Of a DNA stretch of 64,000 nt, positions 53,201-64,000 are shown piece by piece. The translations under genes were made by a program, and so were the position numbers. Origin of the DNA: Camelus ferus (Eukaryota); NCBI RefSeq assembly GCF_009834535.1, contig NC_045707.1, forward strand, positions 54,810,001 through 54,874,000, read 5' to 3'. The notes below the pieces were generated by a model, which saw only the letters and a program-made list of their open reading frames with translations, made no database searches and was not told the DNA's origin. Within the stretch, counting starts at the first letter, position 1. Each line of letters begins with the position of its first letter.

Positions 53201-56200
53201 TATAATGAAAATACCAGTATTCTTTTGAAGTAGAGTCCCTCCTGTTTCATGGCATCATCTTTTGGCACCAGGCCAACAAACTGCAGTTTGAATATGAACA
53301 ATCTTCTTTCAAAAGCTAAAAAGGATTGTCAAAAGCATTTTTTTTCCTAGTGGTCTAGCAAATATTATCACATCACAATGCTCATAATAAACCTGATGCT
53401 ATAGGAGTATGTAATGTTATTCTAACCCAAGAAATGGGAGACGAGTGAAACCAGTCTTTACAAAATATCATTTAATGTCCTCCAGTGGCTGAATAAATTT
53501 TAACAGCATAGGGGATAAAATTCCTTTGGTAGAGCATCTTACTTAGTTTCTTTAATGGCATGCTATTTTTCTCGGGCTTGATGTAGTTCTGATCATAGAA
53601 TGTAGAAAGGCTACATCACAATAAATATCTGATTCATTGCTTGAAGATTTCAAACACTGTGAATGTGTGTAAAGTGGAGGGCATGGCGTTGAGCTGGATG
53701 TATGGTAGACTATTAAGGAAAATTAAGGCTATCTTTTTATCACAAATAAGGATAATTCATGTGGCTATATTGAATACTAAAATATTGGTAAGTTTGATTT
53801 AGTTCTGGAAATCATTTTTATTTTATAGATGAGGGACTATATAATTTGATGTGTGCTAACATAAACCAAAGCAGATTTCTTGACAGCTAATGTTATTTTC
53901 TTTTTTCTAACTTACATGTTTCTAACTAAGGGATCTTACATTTTCCTTTCTCAGATTCTCCATGAAAATAAGTTTTTTTTTTTAAGTTGTATATCCAGAT
54001 TGCCTTATATAATCAGTTTGTCTAGCTTCCTCCCTTCTCTCAATCAATTCTGGTCTCTCTAGAGGAGAAATAAAGGACAGCAGGTACAAGCCTCAATCCT
54101 TTATTTAGCTTGTTAGCAGGTACTTACTGATCATACACTTTAAAACAGTTTTTAAGTAGTTATACTTTTAATTAGAGTACTGCATGTTTTGATCTTAGTA
54201 TAAATTGGGGGCAATTCTTCCCAATTATTGAGAGTTATTTTTTTTCTTAAATATGAGAGTGTGTTAGGGACAACTTGAACTAAAGAAGAAATATATACAT
54301 CATAAGAATGATCATTAAGTTTTATAAGTTGATTTAAGGGAAAATATTTATAAGACTACAATACAAAGGATATAATATCTTAGCAGTAAGGAAAAGAAGT
54401 GATGGAATTATTTGATGGAATTTTGTTAAAGCAACTTTCAGATTAATATTTCTTATATATATCTCCCTAATGACTACAAAATAGAAATCAACCTCAGGGT
54501 ATAATTCAATGTTAATACGTCTCTTATTTCTGCCTTAGAGTAGGTTTGTATTTCTAAAACATGGCTTCTGATTACTTACAAAATAAAATCCAAGTTTCTT
54601 CCCAAATTACTGAAGTCCAGTTAATATGTCTTACCTTTAGGGATTCTCCTTGGACATATCATTTAATCTAGCCAACTTGACCATCTTCTATTTTCCTGAT
54701 GATGACCCAGACTCACTATACTTGGCCAATATTCTCACCTTTAAGAGGAATGCTCTTTCTCTAGCCTCTCTCATCACACTCCAGTTAATTCTTCAGCATT
54801 CAGATCAAACATTATGTCTTCTATAATACCTTTTTAAGTTATTTCTATTAGAAATAATCTCTCCTTTTTGGAATCCAGTAGAATTTATTAATCTTTTTTC
54901 TTATACCCCCAATACCAGATGTGGCCTACACAGAGGAGGCATGAATGTCTGAACAAACTCAGGATGCTGTTAGGCAACAGCTACGTGAAACAAGGCTGGA
55001 TAGGATGTCAAAGGTGACCAAATCACCTAGTAAAACAATAGTCATTTGGGAGAATTCTCAATAAGCAGTAGGATCCTCTTTGTGGCTTCTCAATATACAT
55101 TGCATTAAAAAAAAATGACTTTAGCTTATTAAGCTGATGTTTTCATTTTTTCCAGCTCAATGGCAATATGTACTTATTATTTGCCCCTTTCTTTAGTTAT
55201 CTATGAAAATGTTCATATTCATATGATTTTTGTATGTGTTCATGTGTGCTTTTTGAATTCAGGCATCACTAATGATTCCCATGACTCTTTTTATTCTTCA
55301 TAGAATCCTCAGAAAGTGGAAAGGTGAGCACTGTAGATACTTTGGTGACTCTTGAACAATGAGAGAAAACAATTTCCTTTGATCCAGTGATTGAGAGAAC
55401 TGCAAGTTTTTAATGGAAAAAATACAGCTAGGAAACTCCCTAAATAATTGTGAACTTGAATTCTGAGCATAGTCGAAAAATCATACATGGTTAAAGATAA
55501 GTGAAACAAAATAAAGGGAAAATCAGCTAAACAAACCTAAGCTTCATAATCATATAGATACTAATATTTTACTTTGATCTTTAAATTTAAAAAATCGTCA
55601 ATATTTCATCTATTGTAGTTCTTTGTTGTAAAATTAAAGCAAAGTATTTTCATTCTGATCTCTTAAATTGCAAATTTTGATTCTTATGCCCTTTACTATG
55701 CTTGATAAGATGCTAAGTAAAGAGTAACAGCAGAATAAATATATATTATTTGCATGCTGTTAAATTCTGTTTAAAGTACATGACTTAAATTCTGTACTTG
55801 AGTTATCAAAGCATTCCTTCCTGTGCCTTTTGCAGAATTAGCCTTAAAGCAGTAAGTAAAACAACAGTACTATGTTTACAAAATAAGCACCTCATTTGGA
55901 AAAGAATACATGCCTAAAGATAAAATTCTTCTGAGCAAAGAATGAAGAGGTAATGAGATAACTGGAGAATTGCATTGATTCAAGTATTTAAATAAATTAA
56001 TTATCTTATTACTCATGCAAAGAAAGTGATTATCATAAATGAATCCTTGATAATATATAAAATTCACAAAACATACCACAGGAAAAGTACGCACTTAAGA
56101 ATGAAGAATTGTACTTGAGTGTGGTATAGCCTTCAGAATCAGCCTCCAAACAAACTAGAATTTTGTTACTTAAGGACTGAATTTTAATTCAAAGTTATGC

Positions 56201-56457
56201 AAATTTTATGGAACAAAGGTTGATTGCCTACATTCCCCAATCTTCACAAAGAACTAAAAATCTATTATTTAGTTAATTAATGAACGCTATTCTAATGACA
56301 TTTACTTCTCTTGTTTATTCAATTCTTACTTCTAGTTCTGCTAAATACAGTTTGTAATTGGCACTAAGTAATTTTGGCTTAGTAAGTAACATATTTCATT
56401 TTGTTATATATAATTTATTTAAGCAATATTACTTAGTAGAATTTAGTTTACTCTTTT

Positions 56458-57086
56458 TGAGACAGGAAGGGGGCAGGGCACAGCCATTCAAGGAATGATA
56501 CAGCAATTAACATCAAAATCGTGGAAGATTCAACCCCCAGTAGGCCCTGAGGCTCAAGATGGTGGGAGATTTCTCTTCTAGCAGATCTTGAGCTTCATTA
56601 TATGCCCATTGTAATTTATTAACATGGCAGTCCTAAAGCTAGCCACAAAAGGTCAAAGAGTGGGAAATGGCCAACTTCCTGGGAATCTCAGCCCCTTCTC
56701 CAGACTAATTAGACTGGTCCTTCCACTTACTAGCATGTGAAGCCACTGAGCCCATAAAAATTGGCAAATAGTGCCTTGCAGTGGCTGCACTCTCTCTCCC
56801 TTTCTCTCTTTCTCTCTCCTCTCCTTCAGAGACTGCCGCAATCTGTCTATGGAGCATGTACCTACTTTTACTCTAATCTGAGCACCCAATCTCCACAGCT
56901 TGTGGCCTTTCTCTTGCCTTTCGATGTATCTCTCTAAATGAATCTACCTTTACTCAACTGTGGCTCGCTCTTGAATTCTTTCCTGCATGAAGCCAAGGAC
57001 CCACACTTGGTGAGGCATGTCCCAGGGGCTCAACCAAAGCCTGGGCGTGGCCCTTTTCACGCCCCACATCAGTTTTTCCTGCATCA
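56458..57086 (+). mobile_element. MER41-like ERV1 solo LTR, complete
   Basis: TGAGACAGG...TTTCCTGCATCA with a TTTT/TTTT 4-bp TSD; homologous to the copy at 9403. Confidence 0.9.
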
Positions 57087-57838
57087 TTTTCATTTTTTGT
57101 TTTTCTCCCTCTAATGCTAGTAAGAGCAATTTGAATAACAATACTAGTAAATCAACTTCAATAATAATTGAAATATGAAAGATAACCCACATTGACAGAC
57201 TATTTAAAGGACGTAACTCAGATGACCCTACTAGTGTTGATTCAAACTTTAAAACATTGATTACATTATGAAAAACATGATTACTATATCACTATCTAAA
57301 GCTAGTTTATTTATGAATAAAGTTTCAAACATTTTAATAAATATTCCTTATTTATGCTTCTACATTCAGCTTCCTAATGAGAGTGTGTTTATTTTCTTGG
57401 CTTAATATAGTGAGGTCTATTTTATATTTCCTATGTTATCAATCACACCTAGAGAAAGAAATCATTTAGACATCCTAGGGGAAATGCTCTGTGTAGAAAC
57501 AACCATAAACTTGTCATTAAATGATAATATTAAGAATTTCTGATCCTCTAAAGTAGATAGATAAATTATTGAGTTTCAAAGAAAAAGAGGATAGATAAGA
57601 GATTTTAAGAATAAAACACTTAAAGCATTAAAGTGACTACAACTCATATTAAAAGGCATTTTGCCACTCATTTAATTTTCCATACATTGTTCTCTGCTTG
57701 TTGTGAAAAAGAGTTTGATGCACGCTACATTCAAAGATAGAAAGCAAAATTTTAAAAGGAAATAATGAATAAAGACATGAAGAAACAAGAGAGATAAGCT
57801 GTGCCTAAATATTTACACCCCAACTTAAAATATCCTTA

Positions 57839-58377
57839 TGTTGCAGGAAAATGGAGGGTAAGAAGATGGTCATGTCCCAGGTCCCAGGTAAGTCCCTAGG
57901 ATGCACCCAGCTAAGTGAGGGTCCTGGGCTTTGTACAGGAAAGAATTCAAGAGCAAGCCATAGTAAAGTGAAAGCAAGTTTATTCAGAGAGATACACACT
58001 CCATAGGCAGAGTGCTGTCATCTCCAAAAGCAAAAAAGATGCCTCAGGGTGTGGGGTTGTTAGTTTCTATAGGCTCAGTAACTTCATATGCTAACAAGTA
58101 GTAGGAATATTCCAACTACTTTGGAGAAGGGGCAGGGATGCCCAGGAATTGGTCCACTGCCTACTTTTTGGACTTTTATGGCCAACCTCTGAACTGTCAT
58201 GGTCTTTGTGGGTGTGTCAGTTAGCATGCTAATACAGTATGATGAATGTGTAGTGAGGCTCAAGGTCTACTGGGAGTCAAATCTTCTGCCGTCTTGGTTC
58301 TAACCAGTTTATGTTCTAGCCTCAATTGCAGTGCCATTCTTTAATGGTTGTGCCCTGCCCTCTTCCCTCCTGTCTCA
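57839..58377 (-). mobile_element. MER41-like ERV1 solo LTR, complete
   Basis: TGTTGCAGGAAAA...CCCTCCTGTCTCA with a perfect CTTA/CTTA 4-bp TSD (57835-57838, 58378-58381). Confidence 0.92.
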
Positions 58378-59529
58378 CTTATAAACTCAAACTTCTAAGT
58401 GAAATGTAATTCTAAATTCAATGTCTCCACTGTCTCACTGCATGTTCATTCCATCTGCTCTCAAACCGCTACTCACTGACTCTACCCTCCCTGAGGTTGG
58501 TTGTTGATAAATCCAGGAGCACTCTTCAGTACATACATACTTGACTTTCATTTGGCTCCTCCTCTCCCTCAGCAGTAAGCATTCATTTGCTTCTCAAAAT
58601 ATGCTGTTTCCTTGCTGGTTTTACCTTTTCTTTCTACAGCAATATACTGCATTGGTCAGGATGGCATGCTTTTTCCTGCTCTGGTAGCTAGGCACATGAC
58701 TTTTTCATAAAGGGTATAGAAGTATTATACTAACATAATTTTTATAAATAAGTTACCTGGCTTGTTAGACAGTATATATGAACTATACCTCAAGCAAGTA
58801 AAATTCACACTTATTGATAAATTACATTGTGTACCTGCTCTGTGGTGGAGACTGGCAGGGAAGCTGAAGTATGATACTCAGGTTCAACTCAGAGATAAAG
58901 ATATTAAATCAACTACTGAAGAAAAAAATGTTTAGGTGGTACATAGTTGCAGGGGATGTCTGTGATTGTGCTCATGTGGAAGAAAGTCTAGACTTCATAT
59001 TTCTGACAAGTAACTTGAGAAAAAAATATACAATCATGTGAGGTGGATAGTTGCATCACTAAATTTATGCTCAGCAAGCCCCAGCATAGTTGGCTGTTTA
59101 AGCAGATGTAATGCAATGATGGCAGAAGCCCTAAATTACTGGAGAGACATTCTGAAGACATATTGTCACTGCTTTATTTTAAAAGTTCTAGAGAGCTCTC
59201 CTTCCTGACATGGAATAGGGATGTTCATGTCCTTAATTTCTCTAAGTCACAGCCAAACCCAGTGTATAGGAGAGCAAACAGGCTTTTTCATTTGTCAAGG
59301 CATAGGTAACCTTTACTCTCAGAGGAGTAAGCAGCTTTTTCTGCATGGAAAGAATGGTTTTAACATTTGAACGCTTTCCTTGGGAATGAGGAGTTAAAAA
59401 GCAAAGTGACTGCATGCAGAGGGGTGATCTCTAGGATTGTAAAGGGCCAAAGTAGACACATGAATCTGCTATGGAGTGGTACTACTGGGGTGGGGTGAAA
59501 TTGAGGAGTCTCAGAGGCTAATGGTAGTA

Positions 59530-60370
59530 TGGATAACTACCTTAAATGTGAATGGTATAAAAACACCAATGAAAGAGACTAGCAAAGTGGGTAAAACAGC
59601 AAGGCCTATAAATATGTTGTTTATAAGAAGCCTACTTTAAATATAAAGATACAGACAGATTATAAGCAAAGAGAAGGAAAAATAAATACCATGCTAACAG
59701 TAACCAGAAAAAAAAAGCTAGTATAGCTATATTAATGTCAGACAAAGCTAACAGAACAAGAGAATTTATCAGGGCTAAAGAGTGTAATTTTTCATCTCTG
59801 TCCCAAATCAGCATCAACAGTCATAAATAACTTTGCTAGTACATGCCCTTGATATGACATGATGAAAATGTCACTGTAACTCTATGATTCTCCTTCCAAA
59901 AATGCATAACTTCAGTCTAATAGTGATATAAACACTGGACAAATTTCAACAGAGGGGCTCTATCATACACATGACCAATGCTCCCCAAAACTTTCAAGAT
60001 CATCAAAAATAAGGAAAGATTGAGAACTTATCAATCTTTAAGGAGAAGCCTAAAAAGATATGACTATTACATATAATATGGTATCCTGGTTGGGATCCTA
60101 CAACAGAAAAAGGAAATTTGGTAAAGCTAAGGCAATTTGAGTAAAATATGGACTTTAGCTTAATAATAATGGATCAAAGTTGGTTCATTAATGTAACAAA
60201 TGTACCATACTAATGTAAGATATTGATACCAGAGAAAACTGGGTGCAGGAGGTACATGGAAAACTCTCCACAGTGTCTTAATTAGTTTTACTTAATTTTT
60301 CTTACTTAAGTAAGTATCTTACTTAATTTTTCTGTAAATCTAAAACTATTCTAAAGTAAAAAAAGTCTGT
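59530..60370 (+). mobile_element. Old L1: ORF2 endonuclease fragment (59530-59782) joined to an L1MC-type 3' UTR
   Basis: CCTTAAATGTGAATGG...TTTAAATATAAAGATACAGA...GCTATATTAATGTCAGACAAAG, then ATGTAACAAATGTACCATACTAATGTAAGAT...CTGTAAATCTAAAACTATTCTAAA. Confidence 0.85.
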
Positions 60371-60599
60371 TAATATAACTATTTAAAGTCAATAAGAAAA
60401 CAGTATGTCCTTGAAGTGTGTTCATTTAGTTACTATGCTAATAGGAGATCACTTACAGATTGTTCATGATTCAGTTATCAGGAATATCTGAGAACAAACT
60501 CAAGATTCTTATTACAATTGTGACCAGATCTTTTAAACACAGCAGGGAATGAAAGAAAGCTGGCTCCCTTCTGAATATGCAGAATTTGAAGAAAATCTA

Positions 60600-60770
60600 A
60601 GGAAGACATTTTTAAGGGCAAAGAAGATAAAATACTTAAATTGTTGTCAAGGGAAGCTGTGGAATATCCTCTTTTGCAAGTGTTTATAAACGGAATTATT
60701 TTAGATGTAATCTAATCAGAAGACAGATTGACGGATGAGATGACTTCTTAGATTTGCCTCTTCTAATAAA
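60600..60770 (+). mobile_element. L3/CR1 (or MIR3) 3' end
   Basis: GGGAAGCTGTGGAATATCCTC...GGATGAGATGACTTCTTAGAT resembles the CR1-type tail. Confidence 0.45.
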
Positions 60771-62646
60771 TTTAATATTACAGTAGCAAGTTGCCATCCT
60801 AAAGAAAATAATTCAACATTGGAAAATGATGAATAGTAGGAAGGGGTGACATAGATGAAATTGAGGCTTACTGTACTTGTAACTAACAACATGATGAAAA
60901 GCCTGCATTTTGGTACTGGACAGATATCTGTGTCTGTTCATTCAATGACCCATTTGCTGCTCAACAAATATTAAGTGGCTATAATTAATATACTTTGATA
61001 GTTGATAGATGCTAGTTAAATTTTTAATAAAATGAATTTTCATGAAGGAAAATGCTTAGAATTAAGCAAACAAAATGAAAAATTAGGATTTCTTAATTTT
61101 CTTTTACCAAAAAAAAGCATCTCCAGAATTGTAGTTTATTTTAAAAAATGTGTCTTTGTTAATTAAAATGTAAGAACAGAGCAAAGACAAATCTATATTG
61201 TGAATACTTTACCCATGAATTGCTACTCTTCCAATTTTAACTGATTTCTGTAACATGGCTTACCAACCCTGTGTTTTTTATTTTAGTTTTTTTTTTCCTT
61301 TTTCTTAATCATTTTTCCTCTTAGCATCTTCACAAATTTTATAAAATGTAACCCCTTTCCTCAAGACTACCACTCAAGACCAAGCTTTTTACTTTTAACA
61401 GATGACTAAGATTTCCATTGAAATCTTAGGACCACCTTAACTTGTGAGTAACATCCCTTAGTCTTACATAGTTATCTGGAACTTGACGAAAAATAGTTTC
61501 TATTCTACAGTTTCAAAGGCTGAAATCTCTTTCCATTTAGTCAATAAGGAACAAAAGGTGCTTGCTCTGTGCCAAGCATTGTGAGGAGCACTATTTAAAT
61601 CTTGATTACCTTCTTCCCCTAGGCTTCTTCAGAATTAATTATTCCTCTCTTTTTTTGGCTAGTTTGTTCATATCAACCTATAAGATAGCCTATTTATTGT
61701 ATGTGATTTAAAATAACAAAAATGTGAACTTTATATGTGTTATCCTAAGCTACTGGACTATTTTGTTCTTTAACACTCAATTTTCATAAGGTCAAAATCA
61801 CTGTCAACTCACTTCCTAATACTTCTCAAAGTAAAGCAATCTCTACTACAACACATACACACACACAGAGGAAACAGCTGTTATGAACACCACAAACCAT
61901 CTTATTGTCAAAATGAGTAAGCATATTTTTATCATACTTTCTTATAGCAGTGGACTGAGCATAATCAATCATCAATAATGATAATTACCTATGAAATATT
62001 TCTATTTTCCCTTGATAATTGACTCCTGCTTCCATTCCTATATTTAATATCATTATATATACTAAGTTGAGATATTCAGATATTGATATAATTTCGTATT
62101 TGTTCACCTTGCCTTTCATGTTGTCCCCTTTCTATTCATTCTTTACCTAACTTCTAGTAAATTCCACCTAAAAGCAAATTGGCCTGTCCCAAATTTTTAT
62201 AAAACATTTTAATGATTAAACTTTGCTTTCAGAAAAATGTATATGATTTTTATGACATAATTTAAAATTTTCAAGGTCTAATCTCTACTTATTTCTTCAT
62301 CCTCATATTCTGAAACAACTTTCTAAAAATAAATTACGCCTTTATCTTTTTTTATGTAAGCACATTTTTGTTTGGATTTTTTTTCTGCTTTATTAATCTG
62401 GTGCATTTGGCTTATATGTAAATTTATAATTCAGCTTGTAGGCTCAATTCGGGCATCATACCCTATAAGAAATAGTTCCTGAACTTATGGTTCTAGATGA
62501 GGAGTCTTCTGAGTTCTAGACAAGTGTATCTATCTGTTTCTTCTCACTTATGTCATTTAGGTATGCTCCTTCTCTGGTAAAAAATAATTTCCTTGAGGTC
62601 TAAACTTTCCTTGCATAGCACAGTAAAGTTACACCAGTTTTTTGGA

Positions 62647-62780
62647 GTCAGCCCTCCAAAACCACAGTTCTGCATCCTCAGATTTAACCAACGATGGATC
62701 TGTGTAGTACTTATTGAAAAAAAACCTGCATATAAGTGGACCAGCGCATTTTAAACTATCTTGTTCAAGTGTCAAATGTA
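62647..62780. mobile_element. Tigger2a/MER8-like MITE
   Basis: GTCAGCCCTCC...TTCTGCATCCTCAGATTTAACCAAC...GCATATAAGTGGACC...TTGTTCAAGTGTCAAATGTA. Confidence 0.75.
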
Positions 62781-63260
62781 CTACCATACCATTAAATACT
62801 ACTCAGTAATAAAAAGGAGTGAACTAGTGGTAAACACAATAACTTGGATGGGTCTTCAGGACATTATGCTGAGTGAAAAAAAAAAAAAACAAACCTAAAA
62901 TATTGCGTACTATCTGGTTCAATGCACATTAACATTCTTAAAAAGGTAAAATTCTAGAAATGGAAAACCCAATTTTAGTGATTACCGCGGGTTAGAGATG
63001 GTGGGGGAAGGGCGATGGGCGTGACTGTAACAGGCAGCATGAAGAAGATCTCTGTGGTTATGAGACAGGTCTCTATCCTGACTGAATTGATGATGACGCA
63101 GATTTACACACGCGCCAAATGGCATGGAACTAGGCACACTCTGTACCAATGCTAAATTCCTGGTTTTGATTATTTAGTACTAGAATTCTGTTAAGAGGTA
63201 ATCATTAGGGCGAAATGGATGAAGGGAACCTGGATTCTGTCTTAAATTTTTTTAAGTTAC
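62781..63260 (+). mobile_element. L1MC-type 3' UTR fragment
   Basis: AATACTACTCAGTAATAAAAAGGA...CATTATGCTGAGTGAAAAA...AAATTCCTGGTTTTGAT...GGATGAAGGG. Confidence 0.8.
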
Positions 63261-63349
63261 TTCCAAATTATGTGTAGCCTAAGCACCTGACAGCTGGTGT
63301 CTCTGAATATAATGCAGGTGCCGGACATTAAGCTTTCCAAAGACAACTA

Positions 63350-63880
63350 CCTCAAAACAGCACGTCACAGCACGTCATCAGCTACGCGACTGGAGAAAGA
63401 ACCAGGCCGCCCCAGCCCCGAAGTAGTTACCTTCCTTTCAGAGGTCGTTGGTTGGCTTAGAGGACTGACCATCTGGCCGCTCCATTTTCCCTTCCCGCGC
63501 TTTATTTCCCGCGCTTTGACGTCATCAATAGAGTGAGCGCGGGAAACCCCAGCCCCTCCCCCACGGACCCTGACTGGAACCGACCCGCCGGCCCTGCAAG
63601 TGCGCGCGCTCTCTCTACCTGTGACTGGGCGGAGCGGCCCCTGGAGCAGAATCCTCCAGAACTTGTGAGTAATACAGCTTGGGTCTTTTCAAAGATCCCC
63701 GACAGTTGTTGCCGAAGGGCGTCTTGAAATCCTAAACCGAACCACCAAGGCCTGCCCGGCCCCAACCCTGGCTCTGAGGAGAGCCGTCTGTGGGGGGCGC
63801 CCGCTCGCGCCGCCGGCAGGGGAGCGCCCCCAGGCATTTCTAGCCCATTGCCGTGCTATTGATGGGCTGAGCCCCGCTGA
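63350..63880. promoter_or_regulatory. CpG-island promoter with E2F and CRE/ATF sites; gene not identified
   Basis: The only GC/CpG-rich block in the window. E2F-type sites TTCCCGCGC (63492-63500), TTTCCCGCGC (63505-63514) and GCGCGGGAAA (63537-63546); palindromic CRE TGACGTCA (63517-63524); CACGTCA twice (63361, 63371); GC-box-like CCGCCCC near 63407; YY1-like CTCCATTTT near 63480. Confidence 0.85.
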
Positions 63881-63944
63881 AAACACTGTTGACTGTTTCA
63901 AAGTGAAACGCTACAACATACATACAGATTAAGAATTCTAAGTA

Positions 63945-63990
63945 AGTCTGAAAAAGACAAGGACTGTGTGATCTCACTTACACGGGGAAC
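63945..63990 (+). mobile_element. Start of an L1 3' UTR fragment at the window edge
   Basis: AAAAAGACAAGGACTGTGTGATCTCACTTACACGGGGAA matches the L1 motif also seen at ~48750-48785. Confidence 0.6.
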
Positions 63991-64000
63991 CCCCCCCCCC

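Noticed and set aside
55304..55323. 20-nt plus-strand micro-exon (TTCTTCATAG|...AAG|GTGAGC)
   Set aside because: Isolated, with no supporting plus-strand gene structure; expected by chance at this window size.
63502..63837. 111-aa Gly/Ala/Pro/Arg-rich minus-strand ORF and overlapping ORFs
   Set aside because: Typical stop-poor reading of a CpG island; it runs through the promoter motifs and has no recognisable domain.
1..64000. The ORFs of 60-127 aa in the supplied track as host genes
   Set aside because: They are short, low-complexity or inside repeats, and none resembles a cellular protein. The only recognisable peptides are L1 ORF2p and MaLR remnants.
1..64000. CRISPR array, tRNA/rRNA genes, operon-like or defence systems
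   Set aside because: No regularly spaced repeat-spacer pattern and no recognisable structural RNA; the sequence is mammalian non-coding DNA.
63990..64000. Terminal poly-C run as a functional element
   Set aside because: Cut by the window edge and embedded in an L1 fragment; cannot be interpreted.

Overview
AT-rich, CpG-depleted mammalian non-coding DNA dominated by transposable elements. It is probably from a cetartiodactyl and most likely a camelid. This is inferred from the style of the youngest LINE-1 3' UTR, from MER41-like LTRs, and from seeing no Alu, B1/B2, Bov-A/BovB or PRE-1 SINEs. I recognise no intact protein-coding gene; the ORFs in the track are chance ORFs or decayed L1/MaLR/ERV remnants. 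Main content: (1) a non-autonomous ERV1-class provirus (4086-8658) with paired LTRs, a nested solo LTR and an env TM remnant; (2) three MER41-like solo LTRs, two retaining STAT-type sites; (3) LINE-1s of several ages, one 5'-inverted and one chimeric; (4) MaLR/ERVL LTRs, hAT and Tigger fossils, MIR/L2/L3; (5) a small CpG-island promoter near 63.35-63.9 kb, with inverted E2F sites bracketing a perfect CRE and splice donors on both strands. I found no evidence of a wholly new biological system. The promoter and the nearby MER41-like LTRs are the best leads. Repeat family names come from recalled consensus sequences, not a database search. Boundaries without a stated TSD are approximate.
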